Positions 7,594 to 18,013 are shown, counted from the stretch's first letter. The stretch is 64,000 bases of DNA from Patescibacteria group bacterium (GCA_039028495.1 JBCCHY010000001.1:3528-67527), one strand, 5' to 3'. Made by a program: numbers and translations. Notes: generated from the letters alone by a model not told the origin.

Positions 7594-10074
7594 CTATACT
7601 CTTACACCTTCTGCTAGTCTTCGCTGCTCAGCCTGGAGTCTTTCTACCCAGTCTTTTTTAGAAACTGACAGATCTGGTTCAACCCCTAGAATATCAGCGA
7701 TTTCTGTTATGCCAAGAGAGCTTGGGCTTGGTGCCGCGAGTATCCTTTCGGCTCGTGCCTGGTCCTCTAGTCTTGCCTGATTTGCTTGGCGCCTCGCCTC
7801 TGTAGCAGCATCATGCTCAGTGTTGTGTTCCGCCTGACGAGCAAGCCACTCAGCTGCTTCATCAGCTATGCTAGTATCTGGTTCTGTGGGGTTTTCACGT
7901 GCCTGAGCTGTAGGCCTGTCAACTTCTTTGGTTTGAGGCTCAAGGGAATCACGCATGGCATCAAGACGGGACGATAGATCCTGGGCTTTTTCTCTAAACT
8001 CCTCTTGGCTCAGAGGCTTGTGCCCCTGGCTAACCTCAGCGCTGCCGTTTTGTGTTGCAGCCCTCGCTTCGACTACGTGGTCGACCAGGGATGTGGATAG
8101 CTTCTGTAGTGGAGATGACTCACCATTTCCTGAATTTTCGGGTCTTCCTCCTACCAGTGCCTTAAAGTGACCACTACTAGGAGTCTGCTGTTCCTTGTGG
8201 TCGGATCCTCCTTCGTTTAGTGGAGTTTCTAACTCTTCTGCGGAGTCTGATTCACCAACGGTTACTACAGGTACCTCTCCACTGACTCTTTCCATGAACC
8301 CGCCAAATGTCTCGTTTGAGGAAATCACAGGTTCTTCGTTATGAGAGTTGGGAGCTAGTCCGTTCGAGTGAGTACCTGCAACCCGACCTGCTTCATTGGT
8401 AGCTGACAGAACACTTGCACTCTGCTCAGCTTCTGTCCAATCGTCAGGATTGTACAGAGTGGTTAGACCTATAAAGGCCTTCGTGTCTTCAGCTGTGGGT
8501 GTCCATGACTCCTGATCAGCAAAGGGATCGACTATAGCTGGGACGACTTCATCCGCACTTCCTGCAGGAACTGCCTGTGTATCGTCTACAGAACCGGGAT
8601 GCGCTTCAATATCAGTCATCCAGACTATCTCGCCTGATGGCATGTCTGGGTTGGTGTTGTAGATAGGGGTGTCTAATGGCGGTAATTGAGGAGCCTCGCT
8701 GCTAGCCTGCCTCCCAGCGCCGAGCGCAAGTATACCAAGAGGTTGGTGCACACTTGCTGCTCTAACCGATCTGTCTGCTGCAATCAGCTCTTGAGCTACC
8801 TCAGGGCCGTAAGCATGAAGAAGTGCCCTAAGGCTGTCTCTCTGACTCGGTTCAGGCTCTATGGTCTCATCTAAATCGTCCGCTGTCTCCGCGGCTGCTT
8901 GCAATGCTAGCTGCGTTTCTGCGTTGTGATCAGCGTACACCCTAGCCCCTCTGCCGTCATCAATAACTACGCCTTCTCGCTCGGCTAGCTGATCATCAGT
9001 TAGCTCTTCGGCTTTCTGAGGGCCTAGGCCTAAAGCCTTTGCCATTTCTGTGGCAATTTGCGGTCCCATGCCTAGCCCTTCGTCGTTATATATTGCGGTT
9101 AGTTCATGGTGCGTGCCGTACATAGGATCATCGCGCATAAGTATCGCCGGAGGCTTGTATGACCACTCTTCGTCGCCTGAAGGGTTTTTGTCTCCAATCT
9201 TACCTTTGTCATGATCTGGTTCTGCAGATAAATCCATGCCTGGCTCATTCGTGAAACTTTCGGTTGCTCCTCCAGGCTGAGGTGCTACTTTAGGTCTAAC
9301 AACAGTCGGAGTTGCTACTTCAGGGGCAGGTGTTGGTTCAACCCCCTCAGTTGACGAGTAGACTTCTGCAGGAGAGGTGGTGTCTACTACGCCTTGAACA
9401 GACTGCCCAGGTGCGGTTTCCTTTGCTTCTTTCTTTCGCCTGAGGCGGAATCTTCTGCGCTTATTCGGTGTCGAGCCATCTTTTGTAGACTCTGGGGCCT
9501 GAGTAGTTTGACTATTTCCGTTTGGAGCTGGAGCATCAGCAGAGAGAAAAACCACATCTCTTTTTTCGCCAGTTACTGGGTCCTTAACTGTTCTGGTTAC
9601 GGTGCCGGTATCAGATGGAAGCCTATAATCATGGCTAGTGGGTCCGTCGATATCAGCCAGGGTCCTACTAGCCACACTACCAGTGTCACTGCTTTCAGTG
9701 GCTGCCCCTATCATAGAAGTAGCACCGTCAGAACCAAGATGCTTTACTGCCCACTCGTTATTCCCTGGACCAAAAGGAGTCGTAGCCCTATGCATCTCAG
9801 CTCGCCTAGCGTCTTCCACTTCAACTTTCTTGAGCCGTTCAGCGAGATCTCTGTCTGCTTTATCTACGGTTTTATGAAGATCTGCAAGTTCCGCCTTAAG
9901 CTCTTCCGCTCTGGCAGATGCGTCATCTCGAACCTTCTTGATATCCGCACCGACTCTTTTTCCTATATTAGCCGACACTGCTCTGCTGTCAGTTCCTATA
10001 TGTTGTACGCGCTGCTCTCCGTCAGATTCACTGATTACAAAATTTGGGGGTCTATTTCTTCTTCCGAATCGCAT
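7594..10074 (-). CDS. Large hypothetical acidic, low-complexity protein
   Basis: 826 aa, coiled-coil-like N-terminus (AEELKAELADLHKTVDKADRDLAERLKKVE), long Asp/Glu/Pro-rich regions. Confidence 0.55.
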   Translation of the reverse strand: MRFGRRNRPPNFVISESDGEQRVQHIGTDSRAVSANIGKRVGADIKKVRDDASARAEELKAELADLHKTVDKADRDLAERLKKVEVEDARRAEMHRATTPFGPGNNEWAVKHLGSDGATSMIGAATESSDTGSVASRTLADIDGPTSHDYRLPSDTGTVTRTVKDPVTGEKRDVVFLSADAPAPNGNSQTTQAPESTKDGSTPNKRRRFRLRRKKEAKETAPGQSVQGVVDTTSPAEVYSSTEGVEPTPAPEVATPTVVRPKVAPQPGGATESFTNEPGMDLSAEPDHDKGKIGDKNPSGDEEWSYKPPAILMRDDPMYGTHHELTAIYNDEGLGMGPQIATEMAKALGLGPQKAEELTDDQLAEREGVVIDDGRGARVYADHNAETQLALQAAAETADDLDETIEPEPSQRDSLRALLHAYGPEVAQELIAADRSVRAASVHQPLGILALGAGRQASSEAPQLPPLDTPIYNTNPDMPSGEIVWMTDIEAHPGSVDDTQAVPAGSADEVVPAIVDPFADQESWTPTAEDTKAFIGLTTLYNPDDWTEAEQSASVLSATNEAGRVAGTHSNGLAPNSHNEEPVISSNETFGGFMERVSGEVPVVTVGESDSAEELETPLNEGGSDHKEQQTPSSGHFKALVGGRPENSGNGESSPLQKLSTSLVDHVVEARAATQNGSAEVSQGHKPLSQEEFREKAQDLSSRLDAMRDSLEPQTKEVDRPTAQARENPTEPDTSIADEAAEWLARQAEHNTEHDAATEARRQANQARLEDQARAERILAAPSPSSLGITEIADILGVEPDLSVSKKDWVERLQAEQRRLAEGVRV

Positions 10075-10240
10075 GGCTATAACTTCTTCGTTTGTTGCTT
10101 ACTATTTAGTTTTTTTATTTTTGTGCTTAATGCTTAACAAATTTAGCAGAAATTCTTCGTTTTGTCAATACTTAAAGCTACAATTACTCTACTTTGTCAA
10201 TAGCTAGAAATACATTCAAGCGCTGTATAATAGCAAATCT

Positions 10241-11317
10241 ATGCTGGTGCTAGGAATCGAAACAAGTTGTGATGAAACAAGTGTTGGAGTCGTCCGAGAC
10301 GGTAGGGAGCTGTTGTCCAACTCCGTACTCAGCCAGATAGATATCCATGCCGAATATGGTGGTATCGTTCCTGAGATAGCTGCCAGAAGCCATCTAGAAG
10401 CAATGAACCCGATGATAGAGCAGGCCCTCAAAGAGGCTGATGTAGCCTGGAACGATATAGATGCCATCGGCGTCACCTACGGCGCTGGGTTATCTGGATC
10501 GCTACTGATAGGAGCGACTACAGCTAGGGTGCTAGCTATTGTTAAGGACAAGCCGCTGTATGCGTGTAATCATGTGGAGGGACATGTTTACGCAAACTAC
10601 CTGACTTCTTATGAGTCACCCGAGATAAGAGACGGCCGGCCGGCTTTGCCGTCGAGACAGCCTGCGTTCCCGCTGCTTGCGCTGATTGTGTCAGGTAAGC
10701 ACAGCCAGTTGGTTCTTTTTAGAGATCACGGTGACTATGATCTGCTAGGTCAAGCGCAAGATGACGCTATTGGCGAGGCATTCGACAAGGTCGCCCGCAT
10801 ACTCGGACTTCCCTACCCCGGTGGGCCGTCGATCGCCAAGATTGCGACAGATGGTGACCCAGACAAATATACTCTGCCTATCTCTAGGATAGCTGGCGAC
10901 TATAACTTTAGCTTCTCTGGGATCAAGACAGCCGTCCTGAGGCTCTGCCAGGGGCTAGCTGGTGGTGATCACGCTATGCCTAGTTTTGAGATAGCACAGC
11001 ACCTCTCAGAAGTTCAAAAAGCAGATGTCGCTGCCTCATTCCAAAAAACTGCCGTGAAAACAGTAGTCGATAAAACAATCAAAGCCTACGAAGAATTCCA
11101 ACCCAAGGACGTCGTAATAGCCGGGGGGGTCGCTGCTAGCCAAGAGTTACGAGCACAACTTACTGAGCGCCTACCGATAGATATCCAGTACGCACCGATT
11201 GGGCTATGTACAGATAATGGAGCCATGATCGCCTGTCTCTGCTGCCATCAAATCATGAACGAGATGGACCCCGCTGATCCCTACACACTGGGCATCAACC
11301 CTAGTCTCTCTATGTAG
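10241..11317 (+). CDS. tsaD: tRNA N6-adenosine threonylcarbamoyltransferase TsaD (Kae1/Gcp family)
   Basis: 358 aa; MLVLGIETSCDETSVGVV N-terminus and ...VEGHVYAN... typical of TsaD/Gcp. Confidence 0.88.
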   Translation: MLVLGIETSCDETSVGVVRDGRELLSNSVLSQIDIHAEYGGIVPEIAARSHLEAMNPMIEQALKEADVAWNDIDAIGVTYGAGLSGSLLIGATTARVLAIVKDKPLYACNHVEGHVYANYLTSYESPEIRDGRPALPSRQPAFPLLALIVSGKHSQLVLFRDHGDYDLLGQAQDDAIGEAFDKVARILGLPYPGGPSIAKIATDGDPDKYTLPISRIAGDYNFSFSGIKTAVLRLCQGLAGGDHAMPSFEIAQHLSEVQKADVAASFQKTAVKTVVDKTIKAYEEFQPKDVVIAGGVAASQELRAQLTERLPIDIQYAPIGLCTDNGAMIACLCCHQIMNEMDPADPYTLGINPSLSM

Positions 11318-11629
11318 CTAAACCGCAGGTTTAAAGATCTATTAAAAAGCATCTCCCGTTCTTGTCTGTTGGTACAATATAGCAACCAAAACAAACACGT
11401 GAATCTGGAAACACTGTAGCTGGGCACCCTACAAGGAGTCTTATTTGTCTTTCACGTGGATTACAATTTAATTAACTTTCACAAAATTAGCTCCTGCCGC
11501 CGTGCTAAACTAGCGTCATGTTCAGACGAGTTTTCATAACTGTGTACGTCGTAGTCCCCTGCGGGGCTTAACTTTCTCCTTATTTAGATTTACAATACAA
11601 CTTAAGACTTATGAAACAGAGGTAATAAC

Positions 11630-14128
11630 ATGGGTTTTGATAAAACTTACGACCCAGGCAAATATGAGGATGGGCTATATGCACAGTGGGAGGACGCAGG
11701 AGTGTTCAAACCGCAGACTAAAGACGCTGCAAAAGAACCCTTCACAATAATCATGCCACCACCCAATGCCAACGGCAGCCTGCATGCTGGACACGCCGTG
11801 GGCTATACCCTGGAAGACATAATTACCAGATACAAGCGCGCGCAGGGCCACCCTACTCTCTGGCAGCCAGGCACTGACCATGCCGGTATTGAAACGCAGT
11901 TCGTATACGAAAAAAGGCTCAAAGAACAGGGCCTGACTAGGTTTGATCTAGGGCGTGAGGAGTTTTACAAACAAGTCGAAGAATTCACGCGTAGCTCGCA
12001 GGACAATATCCTAAACCAGTTTCGCTCCATGGGCTTTAGCGCTGACTGGTCCAGGCTGAAATTCACACTAGATCAGGACGTCATCGACACAGTTTATGAA
12101 ACATTCAAACAGATGCACAAGGATGGCCATATATACAGAGGTAGACGTATTGTTAACTGGTGTCCTAACTGCCATGCAGCCTTTGCAGATATCGAAGTTG
12201 AGAGAGAAGAGCGAGAGGATCCATTCTACACGTTCAAATATGGTCCGTTTGAGATAGGTACAGCCAGACCCGAGACTAAGTTCGGTGATAAATACGTCGT
12301 CATGCACCCAGATGACGAGCGCTATTCCGACTACAAACACGGGGATACATTCGAGACGGAGTGGATTAACGGCCCAATCACTGCCACAGTTATTAAGGAC
12401 GAGGCTATAGATATGAAGTTTGGTACCGGTGCTATGACTATCACCCCGTGGCATGACGCAACAGACTTTGAAATAGCCGAAAGACACAACCTAGACAAGC
12501 AGCAAATCATAGACGAAAACGGCAATCTGCTGGAGATAGCCGAGGAATTTACCGGCATGCCAATAACTGAAGCTAGGGACAAAATCGTCGAGAAACTTGA
12601 GCGCAAAGGATTGCTCGTCAAAACAGAGTCAAAGGTTCACGCTGTAGCCCTACACGACCGATGTAAAAACATGATCGAGCCGCAGATCAGCCTGCAGTGG
12701 TTCGTACGTATGGCAGAGCTCAACAAACCAGTACTGGAAGCATTCGAGAACGACCTGAACGTCTACCCTGCCCGCTTCAAAAAAATCGCCACCAACTGGC
12801 TAGAAAACGAGCACGACTGGTGTATTTCGAGAGGCACCTGGTGGGGCATAACCATCCCTGTCTACTACCGCTTGGACTCCGCCGACAGCTCGCTTGACGA
12901 ATACATCATCGCCTTCACAGAGCAGGAAGCAATCGACTATTACGGCGAGGATAATTACCAGGCAGAGACAGATACGTTTGATACTTGGTATAGCTCTGGT
13001 CAGTGGCCCTATGCCACGCTGCAAAGCACCGTCGATGATTTCGATGCGTTCTACCCTACTAGCCTGATGGGTACAGCCAAAGAGATCCTGCACAAATGGG
13101 TTACGCGCATGGTGATGTTCAGTCTCTACAGGCACGGCAAAGTGCCCTTCCGCGATATCTATCTCTGGGGCCTCGTAACAGATGAGCACGGCGCCAAAAT
13201 GAGTAAAAGCAAAGGTAATGTCCTCGACCCGCTAAAGCTGACTGCTAAATATGGCACTGACGCTCTACGATTCACTGCAGCTCTTACCAATACTCCCGGC
13301 AATGATTCGCCTCTAGGCGAGAACAAGGTGCTACCACAGCGCAATTTCTGCAATAAACTCTGGAACATTGCACGGTTTATTGATGGCATGGAGGACGGCA
13401 GTGAAGACCCAGCACCAATATCTAGTGCTGACCACTGGATATGTCAGCAGTTCAACACCAGACAGGCCGCTATCGACAAGGCGATGTCTACATACCGTCT
13501 GAATGAAGCGGCTTACGAGCTCTACCACTACATCTGGGATGACCTAGCAGACTGGTATCTGGAGGCTAGTAAAGCCGTCCCGAATCCGGCTCTGCTCAAA
13601 GAGATCCTCAGGCGCACACTAGTGCTAGCGCACCCTTTCATGCCATTCATTACAGAAGCTATCTGGCAAAATACCGGTGAGCCGAGTCTGCTCGCCTCTG
13701 ACCCATGGCCTGAAGGCTTTGCTACCAATGAAAATGCAGCAGAAAAGTTTGCCAGCATGCAGGGCATTGTTTCTGACCTAAGAGTTGCCGACAAACAGCT
13801 GGTGCTAGGCACCAGAGTCATTGGCGTATCCATGGATCTAACCCCAGAAGACGCTGCAGTCATCACCAAACTAACTCGCTTTGAGGTAGGGGAGGCCACC
13901 GGCATAACTCTCAGTCCGCTGGTGACGATCCAGGCCACACCACAAGAGGTAAAATCTTACGAAAAAGCCAAATCAGATAAAAAGAAATCTCTGCTGTCCC
14001 AGATAAAGTCCCTAGAAGCTCGTCTGGCAAATGAAAACTACGTAGCTAAAGCCCCTAAAGCACTAGTGGATGAAACTAAGTCCCAGCTAGAAACCCTCCG
14101 GTCTGAACTCGACTCGATCCAGTTTTAA
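11630..14128 (+). CDS. valS: Valine--tRNA ligase
   Basis: 832 aa; PPPNANGSLHAGHA (HIGH motif), KMSKSKGN (KMSKS), ValRS-type C-terminal coiled coil. Confidence 0.88.
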   Translation: MGFDKTYDPGKYEDGLYAQWEDAGVFKPQTKDAAKEPFTIIMPPPNANGSLHAGHAVGYTLEDIITRYKRAQGHPTLWQPGTDHAGIETQFVYEKRLKEQGLTRFDLGREEFYKQVEEFTRSSQDNILNQFRSMGFSADWSRLKFTLDQDVIDTVYETFKQMHKDGHIYRGRRIVNWCPNCHAAFADIEVEREEREDPFYTFKYGPFEIGTARPETKFGDKYVVMHPDDERYSDYKHGDTFETEWINGPITATVIKDEAIDMKFGTGAMTITPWHDATDFEIAERHNLDKQQIIDENGNLLEIAEEFTGMPITEARDKIVEKLERKGLLVKTESKVHAVALHDRCKNMIEPQISLQWFVRMAELNKPVLEAFENDLNVYPARFKKIATNWLENEHDWCISRGTWWGITIPVYYRLDSADSSLDEYIIAFTEQEAIDYYGEDNYQAETDTFDTWYSSGQWPYATLQSTVDDFDAFYPTSLMGTAKEILHKWVTRMVMFSLYRHGKVPFRDIYLWGLVTDEHGAKMSKSKGNVLDPLKLTAKYGTDALRFTAALTNTPGNDSPLGENKVLPQRNFCNKLWNIARFIDGMEDGSEDPAPISSADHWICQQFNTRQAAIDKAMSTYRLNEAAYELYHYIWDDLADWYLEASKAVPNPALLKEILRRTLVLAHPFMPFITEAIWQNTGEPSLLASDPWPEGFATNENAAEKFASMQGIVSDLRVADKQLVLGTRVIGVSMDLTPEDAAVITKLTRFEVGEATGITLSPLVTIQATPQEVKSYEKAKSDKKKSLLSQIKSLEARLANENYVAKAPKALVDETKSQLETLRSELDSIQF

Positions 14129-14784
14129 ATCAGTTGGTACATTCGCCTGAAGCCATATACATCCTGCGGGTAGTCTATCGATGCTCCTCTGTTAAGCTCT
14201 TCTGTCGTTTCCAGCATACGAGCGATCCTCCTCGTTAGCTCCATACCCTTAGATGACTTTTCAATAGATTCGACCACATGCGAGCGCAATCGCTTGATCT
14301 CAAATGGTCCAATACTTGGTAAAAACAAACCAGAAATATAATCAATGACATTTGGTTCAAGTCTTAAGTTCTCAGGATTCTTTACGCAAGTATCAATCTT
14401 ATCTAACAGGTTCTGTTCCGTGATGGAAAAGACATTCAAGCCAGTAAATCGATCATCACCCTCGGTTCTCCGTACATGACTAGTGAAACCATCATCCATA
14501 TTAAAAAGCCAGGACACGCCAAGCATCCCTGTGACCATTGTTCTCGTATAAATGAAACAATCCAGGTCACTCCCCCGCCTACATCTACCTTTTACACTTG
14601 AGCCGAACACTGTAGCTGCAACGATATCAATCCCGTAATTATCTAGATCAACGAGATAGTTACGCAGTAATGAGGTTCTCTGTGCGGCCAAAGACCGGCC
14701 TCCCGAGACCTCGTCGTAAGGCGATGCCAGTTCAAACCGTCGATGCTCGTCTGGTGTAGACGTTGGGGATAGTTTTTCCGTCAT
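14125..14784 (-). CDS. Nucleotidyltransferase-domain protein (Pol-beta superfamily, minimal NTase-like)
   Basis: 219 aa; GSSVKGRCRRGSDLDCFIY = GS-x(9)-DxD nucleotidyltransferase signature; stop overlaps the convergent valS stop. Confidence 0.5.
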   Translation of the reverse strand: MTEKLSPTSTPDEHRRFELASPYDEVSGGRSLAAQRTSLLRNYLVDLDNYGIDIVAATVFGSSVKGRCRRGSDLDCFIYTRTMVTGMLGVSWLFNMDDGFTSHVRRTEGDDRFTGLNVFSITEQNLLDKIDTCVKNPENLRLEPNVIDYISGLFLPSIGPFEIKRLRSHVVESIEKSSKGMELTRRIARMLETTEELNRGASIDYPQDVYGFRRMYQLI

Positions 14785-14805
14785 ATCTAGAGACTAGCCC
14801 GTGCA

Positions 14806-15933
14806 TCAAGCTGAGTCGAGCATAAGCGATAAGGTATCGGGCTCTATGACTTGCTGCGAGGTAGGGGAGAGGTCATTAAATACCTGGCTTTCACGTACAT
14901 TTTTGCCGTCCCAGCTGATACGGTAGCCATGGATCTGCTGGCCGCGCTGCTCGACCAGATCTACCTCTGCACCGTCATAGCTACGCCAAAAATAATGCTG
15001 TGCGAGCTGCTGGCTGTACGTGGCAGCTTTTAGCCGTTCACTTATAACGAAGTTCTGCCACAACCTATCTGTATCCTGGCGCTGATCCAGCGGGGTGAAA
15101 TCCTCTAATAGGGCATTTCGTATACCGGTATCCCAGAAATATACTTTGTACGACCGGCGGATACTACCAGCCCTTGAGTAGGGCATCAGCGTATAAACAA
15201 TAAAGCTCTTAGTCAGCAGATCTATGTAGCGATCAATTGTGCGCCTATCAATACTGAGCTTAATGCTGGCGTCATTGATGCTGATTGTCTCGCCTATATT
15301 GCTGGCTAGATAGCGCAGTAGCGCCACGAGATCCCCGCTAGCACGTGCGCCTGTAACATCTAGCACGTCACGATATAGACTGCTCTCTGCTAGCTCCATC
15401 AGTGCGTCTAGCTTGTCTTGTGGATCATCCTCGTTCAAGACCTCTGGATATAGACCATAGAGCATGAGCTGATGCAGCTCCTGAGAGCTCTCTAGGCCCT
15501 CTGGTGCGTATTCTGGCAGCGAGATAGGGTAGAGCTCAAACACCCGCTTACGACCTGTCAGAGGCTCTGTGGTGCTATCGATGAGGTTAACTGTGGAGCT
15601 GCCTGTCAGGATGATCTGCTTGTCTTTGCCGTAGTGATCAACCATTGATTTTATAATGTCGCCGATTCTACTGACTTTGTGAGCCTCATCTATGAGCAGG
15701 CAGTCGTAATCAGCAATCAGCTCGAGAATCTCATGACCCTCCATCTTTGACAGCCTCTGCGCCTCGTAGTTATCGCCATTTAAGACCAGGGTTTTTCCGG
15801 CAGGGTAGAGAGCAAGCAGGTCTTTGGTCAAAGTCGTCTTGCCAACCTGGCGGGCGCCTATGAGTATGATGACCTTACCCTTGTTTAGCCGAGATGTAAT
15901 TAGGTCGAGTGTTTTTCTTAAAAACATTGTCAA
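14806..15933 (-). CDS. AAA-family ATPase (AAA_14 N-domain plus DUF4143-type C-domain)
   Basis: 375 aa; Walker A GARQVGKTT, Walker B LLIDEAH; architecture typical of widespread ATPases of unknown function. Confidence 0.65.
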   Translation of the reverse strand: MTMFLRKTLDLITSRLNKGKVIILIGARQVGKTTLTKDLLALYPAGKTLVLNGDNYEAQRLSKMEGHEILELIADYDCLLIDEAHKVSRIGDIIKSMVDHYGKDKQIILTGSSTVNLIDSTTEPLTGRKRVFELYPISLPEYAPEGLESSQELHQLMLYGLYPEVLNEDDPQDKLDALMELAESSLYRDVLDVTGARASGDLVALLRYLASNIGETISINDASIKLSIDRRTIDRYIDLLTKSFIVYTLMPYSRAGSIRRSYKVYFWDTGIRNALLEDFTPLDQRQDTDRLWQNFVISERLKAATYSQQLAQHYFWRSYDGAEVDLVEQRGQQIHGYRISWDGKNVRESQVFNDLSPTSQQVIEPDTLSLMLDSA

Positions 15934-16012
15934 AGTTTATATTAAAAGCCTAATTTTGTACATATATGTTCAGTTTTAGATTAAACGGATGCCGAATTTT
16001 GTACGTATATGC

Positions 16013-16909
16013 CTAAAATTCGAGAGCTTGTTTGATGCGATCTACTGATTGCGTAGGTTGATAGTCGTCTAGCCACAGCACCTGCCAACCCATGCGCTCG
16101 GCCGCCATTAGGTTCGTCCGAGAGTCATCAACAAACAGTATCTCTTCTGCCTGGACACCAGAGCGCTCTGTTGCTAGCTGATAAATACTCGGCTCTGGTT
16201 TAATCGCGCCAACAACCGAGCTATCAATGACCGCACTATAGGCCAGACTAGGTAGTACGCCGCTGTTCATCATCTGGGTAATAAACCCGGGCATGATGTT
16301 ACTAAGCAGCCCGACTCGGTAATGTTCTGCAGCCCACTTCAGGCATTCCTGGACCTCTGATAGTGGCTCGATTGTGCTCATATAGTATTTCTGCCAATCG
16401 ATTGCATCTACCTTAATCCGGCTAGCCAATGCCCGGTTAAACTCATCCATGGTCATCTCACCACGACAGACAGCGTCATTGTAATGCCAAAAAGCCGTCT
16501 CGATAACGCTGGCCGATACATTCGTATCAGCGGCTAGTTGATTGAATGCCCCGTGGAAAAATCGTACAAGTACACCGTTAATGTCAAAGTAGATAAATCT
16601 GATGCCTGTTTTGGACGTTTTGTAGTCGACTACAGGTGCGCTCTCACGAGCTGCCTCGGTGAGAGGCTGCATACCAATGAGCTGTTCCACAGTGGTATTT
16701 GTGGCTTGGGCTATAATCGCTACAGTAAATACACTTGGTGTTTTTATTGCACCCCGTTCTATCTTGGCAAGTGTTGAATATGACAGTCCTGCTTTGATGC
16801 ATAGCTCCTGCTGGGTGAGTCCAACAGCTCGACGGGCATCACCGATAGATTTACCGAGCTCTTTTGTGTCTACCTGAGCACTACCAGGCGCTGATCCCAC
16901 ATTCGTCAT
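16013..16909 (-). CDS. Fusion protein: N-terminal XRE-type HTH domain plus C-terminal HAD-superfamily hydrolase domain
   Basis: 298 aa; HTH (LTQQELCIKAGLSYSTLAKIERG); HAD motif I FIYFDINGVL (DxN rather than DxD), Lys motif GAIKPEP, motif IV FVDDSRTN. Confidence 0.6.
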   Translation of the reverse strand: MTNVGSAPGSAQVDTKELGKSIGDARRAVGLTQQELCIKAGLSYSTLAKIERGAIKTPSVFTVAIIAQATNTTVEQLIGMQPLTEAARESAPVVDYKTSKTGIRFIYFDINGVLVRFFHGAFNQLAADTNVSASVIETAFWHYNDAVCRGEMTMDEFNRALASRIKVDAIDWQKYYMSTIEPLSEVQECLKWAAEHYRVGLLSNIMPGFITQMMNSGVLPSLAYSAVIDSSVVGAIKPEPSIYQLATERSGVQAEEILFVDDSRTNLMAAERMGWQVLWLDDYQPTQSVDRIKQALEF

Positions 16910-16977
16910 GCGATCTAGAATAGCATGATACTGCCAGCATCAACTAGCAAATTGACGCTTAGTGCTAGAATGGATGC

Positions 16978-17985
16978 ATGAGATACATAAAGGGTTTCTT
17001 GCTGTGGGTTGGTACACTGACGCTAGCTGGGTCCTACACGCTCTTCGCCGTGAGCTTTACCGCCAACAGCACTATTGGTAACCAAGAAACAGTAGTTGGC
17101 TGGCTGGACGAGTCCGATACTTATCAAAACGCTATTGATGCTATTGGCTCAATAGACATAGAGACCTCTGAAGAAGGAGGCGAGGGTGTCGAGATTGATG
17201 AAAAAGTAGCCTTGAGAGCGGCGCAGCAGGCGCTAGACAGTAGTGACGTTCGAGCGTGGTCAAACAGCGTCATATCTGGTGTTTTTGCCTGGCTCGAAGG
17301 AGAAGCAGATAGGCCAGAGTTTACGATAAACCTTGGAGACACAAAAACGTCGTTTGCCGACGCTCTCTACAACGAGCTGCTAAACGAGTATGAGAACCTA
17401 CCCGAGTGTACAGAGGAGAAGGTCCAAGAAGCCAGACGAGACCCAATAGGAGCCAGCTGCCAATCCAGCCTGGCAAACTATGAACTGGCTGCTAGTCAAA
17501 TACGATCAGATATACTGAACAATGACGATTTCTTGGGCGAAAGTGTCTATACAGTTGACTCCCTGAACCGCGAGGGCGAAGAGCCTATATACGAACAGCT
17601 GGACAGTCTGCCAGCACTCTATGGGGTGAGCCAAAAACTACCACTTATATTCATAGCTATAGCTGCTGCCTCATCAGTAGTAATTGTATTCGCAAGCGGC
17701 AATAGATCACTCGGCCTTCGGCGACTCAGTGGACGACTGATAACGAGTGCTGTTGGTGGGGCAGTTGCTACGGGAATGTTCATAGTCGCCACAATGCTTA
17801 TCCTCAGATCGATTGGATCAAATGCAGAGGGCGAGGCGGCCAATATCATCCTAGAACCTCTAGCAAGCGTGATTGTAAAAGATCTCATCAAATACGCCGT
17901 GATTGTTACTGTCACAGCTTTGCTGCTAGCAATTGGTCTCAGAATTATTTCTATCAAGACCCGTAGGGAAAACAAGAGTAGCTAA
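16978..17985 (+). CDS. Hypothetical membrane protein
   Basis: 335 aa; N-terminal TM, acidic middle, several C-terminal TM helices. Confidence 0.5.
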   Translation: MRYIKGFLLWVGTLTLAGSYTLFAVSFTANSTIGNQETVVGWLDESDTYQNAIDAIGSIDIETSEEGGEGVEIDEKVALRAAQQALDSSDVRAWSNSVISGVFAWLEGEADRPEFTINLGDTKTSFADALYNELLNEYENLPECTEEKVQEARRDPIGASCQSSLANYELAASQIRSDILNNDDFLGESVYTVDSLNREGEEPIYEQLDSLPALYGVSQKLPLIFIAIAAASSVVIVFASGNRSLGLRRLSGRLITSAVGGAVATGMFIVATMLILRSIGSNAEGEAANIILEPLASVIVKDLIKYAVIVTVTALLLAIGLRIISIKTRRENKSS

Positions 17986-18013
17986 TACTCTTTAAATGTG
18001 ATATAGTATAGAT

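Noticed and set aside
9394-10207. 247-aa and 89-aa + strand ORFs
   Set aside because: Overlap the 826-aa minus-strand gene and the AT-rich intergenic spacer; Cys/Phe/Ser-rich junk composition.
11318-11629. T-box riboswitch upstream of valS
   Set aside because: No T-box consensus or specifier/antiterminator architecture recognisable by eye.
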